From: Microcoleus sp.
GTDB taxonomy: Bacteria; Cyanobacteriota; Cyanobacteriia; Cyanobacteriales; Microcoleaceae
DNA: 64,000 bases
Direction of reading: 5' to 3'
Assembly (NCBI GenBank): GCA_042408215.1
Contig: JAYFMW010000006.1
Coordinates: 256,001-320,000, forward strand
Both the position numbers and the translations under genes were made by a program. Shown here in pieces: positions 30,197-41,390 of the stretch. The notes under the pieces are model-generated. The model was not told the origin of the DNA, did no database searches, and was given only the letters and a program-made list of their open reading frames with translations. Numbering within the stretch: position 1 is the first letter of the stretch; every line of letters begins with the position of its first letter.

Positions 30197-31879
30197 TCAG
30201 CGTTTAATCAGTTCTTCAGGCACACTAACTGATGGAGGAGAGAGAGGACAACTGATGGCCGTTGGAGTTAACGCACAAACTGCTGCATCGGTTGTCTCGA
30301 AACAGTTTTCTTTACCAATTTTGTCCAGCAATCCGCTGCGTTCTAACAAGTTTTGAACTTCCGGCTGTAAGCCAGTCAAAAGAAGGCGACAGTCATGTCG
30401 TTTCAAATCGCGATAGATGTCTTCCAAGGCCACGATTCCAGTAGTGTCCATATTGGGTACGAACCGCATCCGCAAAATTAGATACTTCACTTCAGGTTCA
30501 TCCCGCAGGAAGGTAACAAACCGCTCTGCTGCCCCAAAAAATACAGGCCCATCAACCCGATAAACGGCAATTTGTTTGCTCAATTCCAGGGGTACACCGG
30601 GCGGAAAGGCTTCTGTTTCGGGGATTTTCGCCAAATTGAGCTCGCTCATGCGCTTAATGAATAACGCCCCAGCAGCAATTAGCCCGACCTCCACCGCCAG
30701 CACCAAATCAAACAGAATGGTGACCATCCAAGTGAGCATCATGACACCGAAGTCGGAGTAGGTAGCCCGCATCAGTAAGCCGATCGCTTCCCACTCAATC
30801 ATCCGCACACTCGTCACCATCAAAATTCCTGCCAATGCTGCCAGGGGAACTTGAGCGGCTAAAGGTGCTAATGTCAAAACGATGATTGCGAGTGCAACCC
30901 CGTGAATGATTCCAGACAAGCGGGTTTTGCCGCCCGATCGCACATTCACCGCTGTACGGGCGATCGCTCCCGTTGCTGGAATACCGCCAAAGAATGGTAC
31001 CACAATGTTTGCTAAGCCCTGACCAATCAGTTCGCGATCGCTGTTGTGTTTCTCGCTGACAGTCATACCATCGGCAACCACAGCAGATAGGAGCGATTCA
31101 ATACTGCCCAATGCGGCTAAAGCTAATGCGGGATTAATCAATTCTCGGATCACCCTAAAATCATTAGCGTGGGGAATCCCTTGGGGCATAGGCAACGATT
31201 GTGGGATAGAACCAATGGTGGGAACATCGAGGTGAAAGAAGGAGGCGATCGCCGTAGCCAGCACCAACCCTACCAAGGAACCCGGTATAGCAGTCGTAAT
31301 CCTTGTCCAAAATAGCTTGGTCAGAATCACCACAGTTGCCAACCCGACAGCCTCAAGGTTTAATCCCTCCCAATGGGTAAAAGTCTGCCATATTCCCGGT
31401 AAAAAATGTTCACTACGGGGCAACTGCAACCCAAAGAAATTATTCAACTGTCCGCAAAAAATAATCACAGCGATGCCGTTGGTAAAACCTGCTGTGACTG
31501 GATAGGGAATAAACTTGACCAGTCTACCTAGTTTGGCGACGCCCAGGGCAACTTGAATAATTCCTGCCATTACCCCGGCAATCCACACCTTCTCGATACC
31601 ATACTTAGTGACAATACCAATCAGGACAACCGCCATCGCTCCGGTAGGCCCTGTAATCTGCACCGGGGAACCACCAAATACCGCCGCCACGATTCCCGCC
31701 ACAATTGCCGTGTAGAGCCCGGCTTTGGGCTCGACACCACTGGCCACAGCAAACGCCAGGGCGAGAGGAAGAGCCACCACGGCAGCAGTCAGCCCACCAG
31801 TCAAATCACCCCGCCAATGAGCAAAGGTGCGATCGAACCAAAACCGCAGACCACCCATGAAACCGTTTGCTACTGTCAT
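30197..31879 (-). CDS. SulP/SLC26 family anion transporter with STAS domain
   Basis: GDLTGGLTAAVVALPLALAFA, GPTGA, RELIGQGLAN, TGAIART, STAS GPVFFGAA...MDTTG. Confidence 0.93.
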   Translation of the reverse strand: MTVANGFMGGLRFWFDRTFAHWRGDLTGGLTAAVVALPLALAFAVASGVEPKAGLYTAIVAGIVAAVFGGSPVQITGPTGAMAVVLIGIVTKYGIEKVWIAGVMAGIIQVALGVAKLGRLVKFIPYPVTAGFTNGIAVIIFCGQLNNFFGLQLPRSEHFLPGIWQTFTHWEGLNLEAVGLATVVILTKLFWTRITTAIPGSLVGLVLATAIASFFHLDVPTIGSIPQSLPMPQGIPHANDFRVIRELINPALALAALGSIESLLSAVVADGMTVSEKHNSDRELIGQGLANIVVPFFGGIPATGAIARTAVNVRSGGKTRLSGIIHGVALAIIVLTLAPLAAQVPLAALAGILMVTSVRMIEWEAIGLLMRATYSDFGVMMLTWMVTILFDLVLAVEVGLIAAGALFIKRMSELNLAKIPETEAFPPGVPLELSKQIAVYRVDGPVFFGAAERFVTFLRDEPEVKYLILRMRFVPNMDTTGIVALEDIYRDLKRHDCRLLLTGLQPEVQNLLERSGLLDKIGKENCFETTDAAVCALTPTAISCPLSPPSVSVPEELIKR

Positions 31880-31923
31880 TGAGTTTTAAAATCTCCCTAT
31901 GTGTGTGAATTTTTATATCTTGC

Positions 31924-31945
31924 TATATTCAAAGTCTTGCATATA
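31924..31945. promoter_or_regulatory. Candidate ArsR/SmtB operator upstream of sulP
   Basis: Imperfect inverted repeat TATATtCAA-agtc-TTGcATATA, 45 bp upstream of the sulP start, next to a divergent ArsR gene. Confidence 0.5.
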
Positions 31946-32149
31946 GATTAACACTCGTGCTAGATTGTGGCAAGCAGCAATCGACCAGAGAATTTCTACT
32001 CTGCGGCTGCAATAGCCGTCGTGTATGAGGAATAACCCCCTGCGGTTGGTACTCGTAGATAGTTAAAACTGGATCAAACATATACACCGAGATGGGTTAC
32101 ATTGAACGACGTTTTCTAAATGGAACTGAAGATTCATGTCGGCGAGTAA

Positions 32150-32252
32150 TATCAAATCCGGTAGCATCGGAATTATTCAGATCTCTATTCTCTCCCTCTG
32201 TGTCCTCTGTGTTCTCTGCGGTTAAATCATTCCGGTAAAACCAGAAACGATA
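32150..32252. mobile_element. MITE (TATCAAATCC family) with 3-bp TAA duplication and CTCTGTG-type cargo
   Basis: TAA on both flanks; 5' end matches the 6531 and 29597 copies, interior differs. Confidence 0.65.
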
Positions 32253-32503
32253 TAAAGTGCGTTGTCCGCCTTCTGCCTAATTTCCAAAACATTGTTCTTG
32301 CTCGATATTTTTCTCGTACAGATGCGGTCGCCCATCTGCAATTTCTGAGGCGATCGCGATCGACGGCATTTTATGCTGTCGGGAGCGATTTTATTCCTAA
32401 TTAAAGTGCGATCGATCGGAGCATCATCTGTGACCACCACTTGTATGATAGAACACCGGATGTTAAGGTGACTGAAAAGCTTGGAAGATACTTAGGTAAT
32501 AGA

Positions 32504-32824
32504 ATGCCCTTGAAACCCAGCGATTTTAAAGCAGACCTGTTCAAGGTGTTGTCTAATCCAGTGCGGATTCAGATTCTAGATGCCCTGCGAACAGGAGAAC
32601 GCAGCGTCAACGAGATCGCTGAGTGGCTGGAAATAGAGCCTTCGTCTATCTCTCAGCAATTAGCCGTGTTGCGAAGCAGGAATTTGGTGACAAGTCGCAA
32701 ACAGGGCAACTTTGTGTTCTATTCCATTCGTGACCGGGCGATTTTCAAGATTTTGGATGCCGCGTTAGAAGTATTTAACAACCATCTGGTTGACGTGCGG
32801 GATGCCTTGGAACAGTTGCAATAG
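32504..32824 (+). CDS. ArsR/SmtB family transcriptional regulator
   Basis: LFKVLSNPVRIQILDAL, SVNEIA, SISQQLAVLR, LVTSRKQG.FVFYSI; ATG at 32504. Confidence 0.9.
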   Translation: MPLKPSDFKADLFKVLSNPVRIQILDALRTGERSVNEIAEWLEIEPSSISQQLAVLRSRNLVTSRKQGNFVFYSIRDRAIFKILDAALEVFNNHLVDVRDALEQLQ

Positions 32825-33076
32825 TTGAAACTGCTAGCTCTGCTGATGTTCAGCAGATAGTGACTGAACTCTCAGATTAAGCAAAGCTTAAGCAGGAGGT
32901 AATTCAGAGCCTTTGAGCATTTAAAGTATCTGGTGGTTAAGGGAACGATCGCCCAAATTCGCGATCGCATACAGGAAATGTTACCGCCGACTGGGGGGGA
33001 TGAAGTTGGAACCGATTCGGTTGTGTGGGGCGCGTTATGCTGAGTCCCCTTGTAATAAGATTGAGTGGCAGTTTAA

Positions 33077-33247
33077 TTTGATCCTTTCTTTACTACTAAA
33101 CCGGTGGGTTCTGGTACTGGTTTAGGGTTGTCTATTTCTCATTCTATTGTGGTTAAATCTCACGGTGGTAATTTGAGTTGTATTTCTGCACCCCTTGAGG
33201 GTTGTGAGTTTATGATTGAGATTCCGATTACACCTCATCGGGTTTAA
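33077..33247 (+). pseudogene. C-terminal remnant of a histidine kinase HATPase domain
   Basis: FDPFFTTKPVGSGTGLGLSISHSIVVKSHGG...EFMIEIP with no upstream gene. Confidence 0.85.
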
Positions 33248-33319
33248 TTTGGTGGGGGAAACCGCTGTTATGAGGTACACCTACTTATCGTTCAATCCTC
33301 CTAGGGACAAGGCATTGCG

Positions 33320-33515
33320 AATTGGTGTCAACTTAAGCTCAAACCCTTGATAAATCTCGCTTTTAGCTGAGTCTTGATCCCCCTAAATCCCCCTTAAGAA
33401 GGGGGACTTTGAATAATCTCTTGTCCCCCCCTTCTTAAAGGGGGCTAGGGGGGATCTAAGTTTAATGGTCAAATAGCAGTCTGTGAATGGGTTTGACGTT
33501 AAGTTGACACCAATG
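33320..33515. mobile_element. MITE (CATTGGTGTCAAC family), 9-bp duplication GGCATTGC(G/C), nested in the REP palindrome of a TACAGC-type MITE (33257-33542)
   Basis: ATTGGTGTCAACTTAA / TTAAGTTGACACCAAT termini; flanks match the 21911-22019 element. Confidence 0.8.
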
Positions 33516-33530
33516 GGCATTGCCGTGTCC

Positions 33531-36500
33531 CTACCGTGTTTCTAAACCTCGAATAATACGGACGACTTCTAAACTATTCAAAAAGTAAATATTGGCACGA
33601 ATCGGATGCTCCGAGTTAAATAATCGTTTAAATATTTGTCTCAGAGCGTTCATTTTGTCACCTTTGAGGGTATCAAACGCGGGAAGATTTTCCGATAAAA
33701 CGTGACCCATGAAGTATTTGTCATTGCTGTGCAATTCTTCCGGTAAATATAACTCCATTACCAGTGCATCCACAATTTGCTCAAAATAACTCAGCATCAG
33801 TTTGTCTTCTGCTGTTGCTACCATTCTTTCGCCATGACTAGGAATGTCTTTGAGTTCGGCGGTAAGGTAGATGATGTAATTAACTAGGGTTTCAATAGCT
33901 GATTTTTCCTGTGGCTGTGCATTAGGAATGGGAATTTGCCAGAAACATAAATGCTTTGCAGTGCATAAGTCCCACCTGCCATTTTGCCAACTATCTGATC
34001 AAGAACAAACCAAGTAATCTGCGAGTTTAAGAACTCCATAAAAGATAGTACGTTGAGTTAGGAATAAAAAATCATTTTATTATTGGTATATAATCCTTTT
34101 GTGAATCCCAAGCAAAAGCCTGATAAGTAGCAATTTCCTGGATAAACAATCTTAGGCGGCTCAAACTCTTGCCAGATACCCTCTTGAGCATGATCGCAAG
34201 TTCGTCCCAAGGAAGCTGTACCTGAATCGCTGCACGGGCTAGATAACTCTTCTCGTATTCATCAATCGAGCGTGCATAGCTGGATAAGCTTTAGCAAATA
34301 TTGTCTCGGCATACTTATCGACAGGAAATTCCGACAAGATGTTGCTTATTTGCGAGATTCATCTTAATTAAATACTGTTCTGCGAAATCTACACACCAAC
34401 GCTTTACATCCTCTACCTCGCAAGAAAGGTTTGAGAACTTCTGCCGAGGCGGGATGCTCTGCGATAAGTCTGATCGCGTGTATCTGCAATCCACCACAAA
34501 GGCTTCGTTAAAACCAGTTACGATGCCCCGATAAAATCGCCCATTCACATATTCCCCTAGAGGCGTACCAGCTTTTCGCAGTTTTTCTAACAACTGCAAC
34601 ACCGAGTTAGATTCTAACCGCCAACCATCAGCCGTTAATTCCTTTTGTGCTATGAAAAAACTCTGATTTTCAAACACCGAAGCAAACCGATCCACAGGTT
34701 GCCCTAATTCCCAATTTAAAACGCGAGTTTGATGATTTTCCGGTTGTTCCTTACTAGCAATAATAATGCTAGGATAAGCAATAGCCGTAAAAATCGGTGC
34801 ATCACCAAAATCAATTAATTGTAGAATAGTCGATTGATTAGCTAAAAACTTACGCAGTTTTTCCCCATAGCCAGAGCGAAAATATTTATTAGATGAAATA
34901 TAACAGAGAATGCCTTTATTTTTCAGTAGCTTTAATCCTTGCTCATAAAAATAAACATACAAATCGGCCACCCCGGTATAACAATCATATTGACTTTTGA
35001 AGAGATAGGTTTAAACTCTTTAATTTGCTCCTTGGCGCACATAGGGCGGATTACCAATACAAATATCAAAACCATCACTTATCCCAAACATCCATTCTGC
35101 ATCAAAGAAATCAGCAAAAGTATTTTGCTCATAGGGCTTCCAAATCGCTAACTTTTCCGCACTTTCACTCGGAAACCCACCACATTTAAGAATCTCACTA
35201 ATCTGATGACGAATTCGATCATCTAATTCTCGATACTTAGCCTTAGTCTTAGGAGTACGAGCCATAAAATAACTTCTACGAACCTCTGCTAATTCCTTTT
35301 CCTTCTCTTCAATACGAGGATCGCGTAAAGTAAAATCACCCGCCCCTTTAATTCCCAACAAAGCATTAGCCGCGACAAACTTAGTTTCCAAATTAGGTAA
35401 AGGACGAACACCTCTATTTTCCAGAGAATTATCAATATTTTGGTGAACAATCAGCGAAATGAAAAACCGTAACTTAGAAATCTGGATCGCGATGGGTTGA
35501 ATATCTACCCCATAAATGCAATTTTCAATTAAATATAACTTGCGTCCATAATCCAACTCATTCTGCTCAAAAGCTTGCTCAATATCCTCAATAACCTTTT
35601 CTCGAATAGTGCTATCAGGAATCTCATTAGCCTTCGCGATTTGCTTTTCCTTCCATCGGCGGTTTTGGGGGTCAAGTTTAGTCAGAATAAACACCAACTT
35701 ATGCAAAATTCCCATCGGAAAAGCACCCGATCCGCAAGCCGGATCGAGAATTTTTAAATGATCGATCGCCTCAATCAATCCTGCTACTTCTGTATCCGTA
35801 AACTGATGGGGTTGATCGTTATAAGCCAACAGATGACGTAATCGATCCCCCCCAGCCCCCCTTAAAAAGGGGGGAGTTTCATTCTCAGGTAAATCATCGT
35901 TTTGTAGGGGCGGTGCCCCCGTGCCCGCCCTCCGTGTCCACGATTTTGTATGTGTTTCAGAGATTGGGGCAACCACGGGGAGTAGGGGTCGGATTTCCCC
36001 TAGGTCGAATGAACAGCCCTGCCTTAAAAAGGGGGGAGTTTCTTCTATTTCCCTCTCTTTTGAAGGGAGGGTTAGGGAGGGATCAGATAATTTACATTCC
36101 AAACAAGCAATTAATGCCTCATCTACCATGTAATCAACAATTTCACGCGGCGTATAAAAAGATCCCGTTTGTTTCCTCGCAGTTGTATTCGTTTCCGGGT
36201 TATAAGCCGCGAGTAAATTTTCAAATACTTTCCCTAACAACTCTGGATCAAGGGCAATTTCTTCCTCAATCGGCGTATTTTCAGTAACAGTAAACTTATA
36301 ACTATGGAAAATATTAATTAAACCCCGCACCGTATAGCGCTTGTTTTTTGTCCCGTAAACATCATTCAGATCAATTTGTTGATCGGATTCACTAAAAAAT
36401 AGACAATTAGGAATATTTAGCCGATTATCCTGACGTTCCGAAAAACCATCAATGCGGATAATCTGTTTAGGCTGATCTCGATCGGGTTTATCCAAGCATT

Positions 36501-37653
36501 CAAATAAACCACCATTCAGAAAAGGAATATCATCAAACAGTCTGAGTATCGCTGGGGAATCGTGAAAATAATCCTCATAGCGATAGACATTATGCACCAT
36601 GTAATTTTGATCGCGTCCCCCTGCTTGCTTCGCCTTATTTCTAAACTTACGATTATCAGGTTTATTAGGAGTATTCATCTCCTGATTCAGCGTTGCAAAG
36701 AATAAATTTTGCAGAATCGCTTTGTAATAAGTGCTTTCCTCCGGTGCATTGGACTTGATTAATTCCTGTATACTTTGATAGTTAAACAAATCATCTGGTA
36801 CTAACCCTTTTTCCTTCAGAAACCAAACAAAAATCAACCTTGTAATCAACCGAATTATAAATGTGGCACAGGCATCTTGCCTGTGATGTTCTTGATTATT
36901 AACAGGCTGGAAGCCTGTGCCACTTTCTGGTAAAGTCACATTTTGCACCGCCCAAAAATACCAGTTAGCTACTTCTTTGAAAAACCGTTTATTTAGTTCA
37001 GAAGTATCAAGGGTTTTCTGCCAAGCGTCGTGTAATTGGTCAAAGTTGGTAAATTGATACTGTTTATATAACTGAGGTAAAGAAAGGTCAAAAAGTATTT
37101 CAATATGGGCACGATGGGGCTGAAAAATATTAATATCTTTAATTAAAGTAATCTTTTCTAAAACATCCTTAGAAGTTTCCAGTTTATTAGGGCGGCGGTT
37201 AATGATCGACAAAGTAAAACAATCACCATGTCGGAATAACACCAGAATGGGAATATCAGACTGACGGTTAACTTCGCGAGTAATATTTGATAAATCAGTG
37301 CGGTTGTAATGATTACCGCGCAAACTAATAGCCAAGAAAATATAAGATTGCAGATAATTTTGATCTATCTTACTAACAAATCCTAATTTACCATTAGATT
37401 TAATTTCATCCTCAGTCAGTTGAAACAAAAAATCAACCGACTTCCATTCTGAAAACATCGCCCGTTGCTGGTTGATTCCCTCCCATCCAAACCTATCGAG
37501 AAAATCATTAGGGTTATTGCTATCTAACTCAAATTTTCTTGTTGTGGAATATCCTAGCGTTTGGAATAACGCCTCTATTTTCTCCGCTGCATTACCCGCA
37601 GCTAAATTTTGGATAGATTGAGAAATTTTATCTTTCATCTGTTGTTCATTCAT
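33531..37653 (-). pseudogene. Eco57I/TaqI-like N6-adenine DNA methyltransferase (type IIG-like) with C-terminal specificity domain; frameshifted from ~35040 onward
   Basis: GGLF, LLGKVFENL, GSFYTPREIVDYM, DPACGSGAF (motif I), GVDIQP, GNPPY (motif IV), ADLYVYFYE, YISSNKY; pieces 35020-37653, 34315-34971 and 33531-33824. Confidence 0.85.
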
Positions 37654-40600
37654 CTTGAATCACCAACCATGTAATTAAATCAAAATCTGTTTTGCTAGTC
37701 ACCTGTTTTTTCTGTTCAGGCATTACCGCACCTTTACCAGATTTAAACAAATTACTGGCTAACCGCTTCTGAAAAGTCCGAGTAATCGAATCAACCGCCT
37801 CTTGAAGCAAATCATTATAAACACTCATATCTTCCCCGTTATTCGTCTGTTTGTCAAACAAATGACACAAAGAGTCATAAGCTTGCGTCTTATCCACACA
37901 CAACAACCGGAAAATCTCTAAAATCTGCTTAGGTTGAGCAAAAGTGAAACGTACCACCTTATCCTCTCTAATATACACCAGAAAGTGCGGTTGCAGAGGG
38001 TTAACCGTCTCATTTCCAGAAGTATCGCCTTTCTGTTTTAAACAAAAAATTACCCCTGGTGCAATTATGGGATTTTCTGACGCGGGTGGAACCACTGCAT
38101 AAATACCCAAAGGTGTATTTTCTAGCTGTTTCCGGTTCTTTTCCAAATACTGACTTAGTTCAATCCGAAAATCATCTAGGGTAAACTCATTGAGGGCAAC
38201 ATTTTCGTCAAAATCCTCTAAATCTAATACCTCATTCTGCAATCGTAATAACTGCTTATCTCTATATTTTAAATCAGTTTGGATTAACTCTTCAATTTCA
38301 TCCGGTTCTAACAGATTATCCTCAAAAGTAGCAGCAATATCAACTAATGCCATCCTTGCTTCTACCCGATTTTTCAGATTGATGTATTTATTTAAATCAT
38401 CAGTAGGCCAAAAATTCACTAACTGTACGGTATGATTAACACTACCGATACGGTCAATCCGTCCAAAACGCTGAATAATTCTAACTGGATTCCAATGAAT
38501 ATCGTAATTAACTAGATAATCACAATCCTGTAAATTTTGCCCTTCAGAAATACAATCTGTAGCAATTAATAAATCAATTTCTCCATCTTGGTGCATCGAC
38601 TTCATCTTATCCCGCTTTTTGGAAATGGGAGAGAAATTAGTCAGAATTTGATTGAACTCATTCTTGCCAAATGTGGTTTTATTTCTGCCTGTTCCCCCAA
38701 CTACTAAAGCTATGTTAATATTGAGCTTGGAAGTTGCAATCCATTCCTGCAAAGCCTGATAAAGATACTCTGCTGTATCCGCAAAAGCAGTAAATACCAA
38801 AACTTTACGGTTAGGTTGATTTTGTTTATTAATTGTTGGCTGTTTTACCTTGTTTTGAATCAATTTTTTCAATTCGGCTAACTTGGCATCCCGCGTTTCA
38901 TCAACCTGTGAAGCTGAATCATAAAGACTCTTTAGTTGTTGCTTATCCAGTTCTAAATCTTCTAACCAGCTATCAATATCCAGATGTGCCATCTTAAAGA
39001 TTAGCCTTGTCCCAACCTCCATAGCTGCTTGTAGTTCTTCATCATCAATATCTTCAATATTCAACTGATTAAACTCAATATTCTGGTTGAGATCTCGAAA
39101 CTGCTTAAAAGTTTTAATTCGTTGCTGTAAATCTTCAATTTTAGCGATCGTCCTTTCCATCGTAATCGCAAAGGATTTTACCGAACTTTCCAACCGTTTA
39201 AGAAAATTTACTTTCATCATCCCGATGAGAAAATATTCGCGTACACTCTGCTTAAATCTTTGTCCGGGTTTATGTTCGTACTCTTCTCTGTACTCCGGTA
39301 AAACATATTTGGAAGGGTTAAACAATGACAACTGATAATTAGAAATTTCATCATTCAGCTTGTCATAAGGCATAAACTCACCTTCTAAATCAATCCTCGG
39401 AAAGATAGATAAGGGTTTTAAACGTTCTGGAAAACCACCTAATTGTTCTACAACATCCTGATAATACTTTTGAATATGTTTACGAGAACGAGCTATAGTT
39501 AATTCATCTAGTAGTTTAAAAAATCCTGAATCAAGAGAGTTTAATAAATCGCTAGTTATGCGAATACTTTTTTTCGACCAAGTGGTAAAAGCTCGTTGAG
39601 CCTTAGCTAGAGTATCTTTCAGACTAACTACACCAATTGATGCTTGAAAAGCATCATCTTTACCTTCAGTGATAAATTCAAGCTGATGCCTTAAATCAGT
39701 TAAGTTATTGTTGACAGGAGTAGCAGAGAGTAATAAAACCTTAGTTTTAATGCCCGATTTAATAATGTCATTCATCAGTCGCTCATAACGACTTTTACGA
39801 ATTATATTCCCATCTTCATCTCGCTTACCCTTGGTGTTGTTGCGGAAATTATGGGACTCATCAATTACTACTAGGTCATAATTTCCCCAGTTAAGATTCG
39901 CTAAGTCTGTATCACCGGATTTGCCAGACTCACGGCTTAAATCTGTGTGAGATAAGACTGTATAATTAAAGCGATCGCTAACAAAGGGATTTAGTTCACT
40001 ATTATTCTGTGCATGATAGATTGTCCAGTTTTCGCGCAACTTTTTTGGACATAACACTAAGACTCTATAATTCAGGCTCTCAAAGTGTTTAATAACTGCT
40101 AAGGCTTCATAGGTTTTTCCTAAACCGACACTATCGGCAATAATGCAACCATTATGGCTGCGAATTTTGTTAATTGCTCCGATTACGCCATGTTTTTGAA
40201 ATTGAAATAAACTCTTCCATATCTCAGTCTCAAATAACTGGTTGTTTTCACTCAACCATAGAGCATCTTGTTGGTCTGCTAAAAACTTTTCAAAGATATG
40301 AAATAGGGTTTTGTAGTAAACCAGTTCTGGGGTGGAGTTAGTATATAATTGTGCTAGATAAAACAACACATCTGCTTTGATATCTTTGACCAGTTCTTCA
40401 TTATTCCAAATTTGGTCAAACCAAACTTTGAAATCATAAGTGTCTTCTAGGCTACTGACGATTAGATTTAATTCGATATTGTTGACATTATTAGATAATC
40501 CTAAGCCTTTTATGGTAAAATTAGAACTTCCCATAATCGCGGAGGGAACTCGATAAATGGTTTTCGAGCCATCGGGTCTGATGTCCTGTACTTCATTGTC

Positions 40601-40999
40601 AATATGATAGAGTTTTCCGTGTAAGAAGTTAGACTTTGTTATCGATTTTATTTCGACTTTTTCTCTAATCCAGTCAGCACAATCTTTTGCTAAACGTTTT
40701 TGTTGAAGCTGCTTTTGTAGGGTTAACCCTTCTCGATCAATTAAAAAAGCTTTATTTTCATTTATATGAGGATCGAGAATAAAACTTGGTTCACCAAAAA
40801 TAAATTGTAAGCTTTCAATTTTTAATAGTTTTTCTTTGAGAGCTTCAAAAGCATAAATGGTAAAATACGCTGAAACAATTGATAAGCGAGAGCCTTCTTT
40901 AATTTGACGAATCAAAAAATCACCAACAGATCCCCGTGTGTGATTATCTTTAATCCCTGAATATGATAAATAAGGAATAGAACTAGGCCTATTTTTCAC
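37646..40999 (-). CDS. PLD-family nuclease fused to SNF2-like superfamily 2 helicase
   Basis: HGKLYHID (HxKxxxxD), GSSNFT, NIELN; ADSVGLGKT, DESH, SATP, ISEGQNLQ, QRFGRIDR; stop overlaps the methyltransferase start. Confidence 0.9.
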   Translation of the reverse strand: MKNRPSSIPYLSYSGIKDNHTRGSVGDFLIRQIKEGSRLSIVSAYFTIYAFEALKEKLLKIESLQFIFGEPSFILDPHINENKAFLIDREGLTLQKQLQQKRLAKDCADWIREKVEIKSITKSNFLHGKLYHIDNEVQDIRPDGSKTIYRVPSAIMGSSNFTIKGLGLSNNVNNIELNLIVSSLEDTYDFKVWFDQIWNNEELVKDIKADVLFYLAQLYTNSTPELVYYKTLFHIFEKFLADQQDALWLSENNQLFETEIWKSLFQFQKHGVIGAINKIRSHNGCIIADSVGLGKTYEALAVIKHFESLNYRVLVLCPKKLRENWTIYHAQNNSELNPFVSDRFNYTVLSHTDLSRESGKSGDTDLANLNWGNYDLVVIDESHNFRNNTKGKRDEDGNIIRKSRYERLMNDIIKSGIKTKVLLLSATPVNNNLTDLRHQLEFITEGKDDAFQASIGVVSLKDTLAKAQRAFTTWSKKSIRITSDLLNSLDSGFFKLLDELTIARSRKHIQKYYQDVVEQLGGFPERLKPLSIFPRIDLEGEFMPYDKLNDEISNYQLSLFNPSKYVLPEYREEYEHKPGQRFKQSVREYFLIGMMKVNFLKRLESSVKSFAITMERTIAKIEDLQQRIKTFKQFRDLNQNIEFNQLNIEDIDDEELQAAMEVGTRLIFKMAHLDIDSWLEDLELDKQQLKSLYDSASQVDETRDAKLAELKKLIQNKVKQPTINKQNQPNRKVLVFTAFADTAEYLYQALQEWIATSKLNINIALVVGGTGRNKTTFGKNEFNQILTNFSPISKKRDKMKSMHQDGEIDLLIATDCISEGQNLQDCDYLVNYDIHWNPVRIIQRFGRIDRIGSVNHTVQLVNFWPTDDLNKYINLKNRVEARMALVDIAATFEDNLLEPDEIEELIQTDLKYRDKQLLRLQNEVLDLEDFDENVALNEFTLDDFRIELSQYLEKNRKQLENTPLGIYAVVPPASENPIIAPGVIFCLKQKGDTSGNETVNPLQPHFLVYIREDKVVRFTFAQPKQILEIFRLLCVDKTQAYDSLCHLFDKQTNNGEDMSVYNDLLQEAVDSITRTFQKRLASNLFKSGKGAVMPEQKKQVTSKTDFDLITWLVIQDE

Positions 41000-41390
41000 T
41001 GGTCAACGTTTATTGTTAAACATATTTTTTTAAGGATGTTTAAATCTTGCTATCTTTTTAACTCAACTTCTCGCGATCGCCCATAAATCACATCTAACCA
41101 CACCGGCACAACAAACTTCCCCTCAGCCCAAGCTGTTACTACTTTCTCCACATCAGACTCGATCAGCTTAGAAGCTCTTTCCTGCGACTCTTTCACAAAA
41201 ATTAACCGCTTTGGCTCCCGATCGCTCAAAAGCCCGATCCAAGTTTGGCAGATCTAGAAGCGGTTTTGAAATGTCAATTGAAGAGACTCGGCCACTCAGG
41301 AGAGTAGGTTGAGCGAAGGATGAGCGGAAAGCGGAATTCTTAAGGGGATCACAAACCTGGAACTATTGATGTACAAAGCTTTGAGTCTAA

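Noticed and set aside
30197..31879. Calling the SulP gene bicA
   Set aside because: Signature stretch differs from the BicA sequence I recall, and the ArsR context suggests another SulP clade.
31990..32060. AATTTCTACT...GTAGAT resembling a Cas12a repeat
   Set aside because: Single occurrence with halves ~45 nt apart; chance match.
41000..41390. Integrase or att duplication of the tRNA-Leu 3' end
   Set aside because: No integrase ORF and no second copy of the tRNA 3' end found, so the island mechanism is unsupported beyond position and composition.
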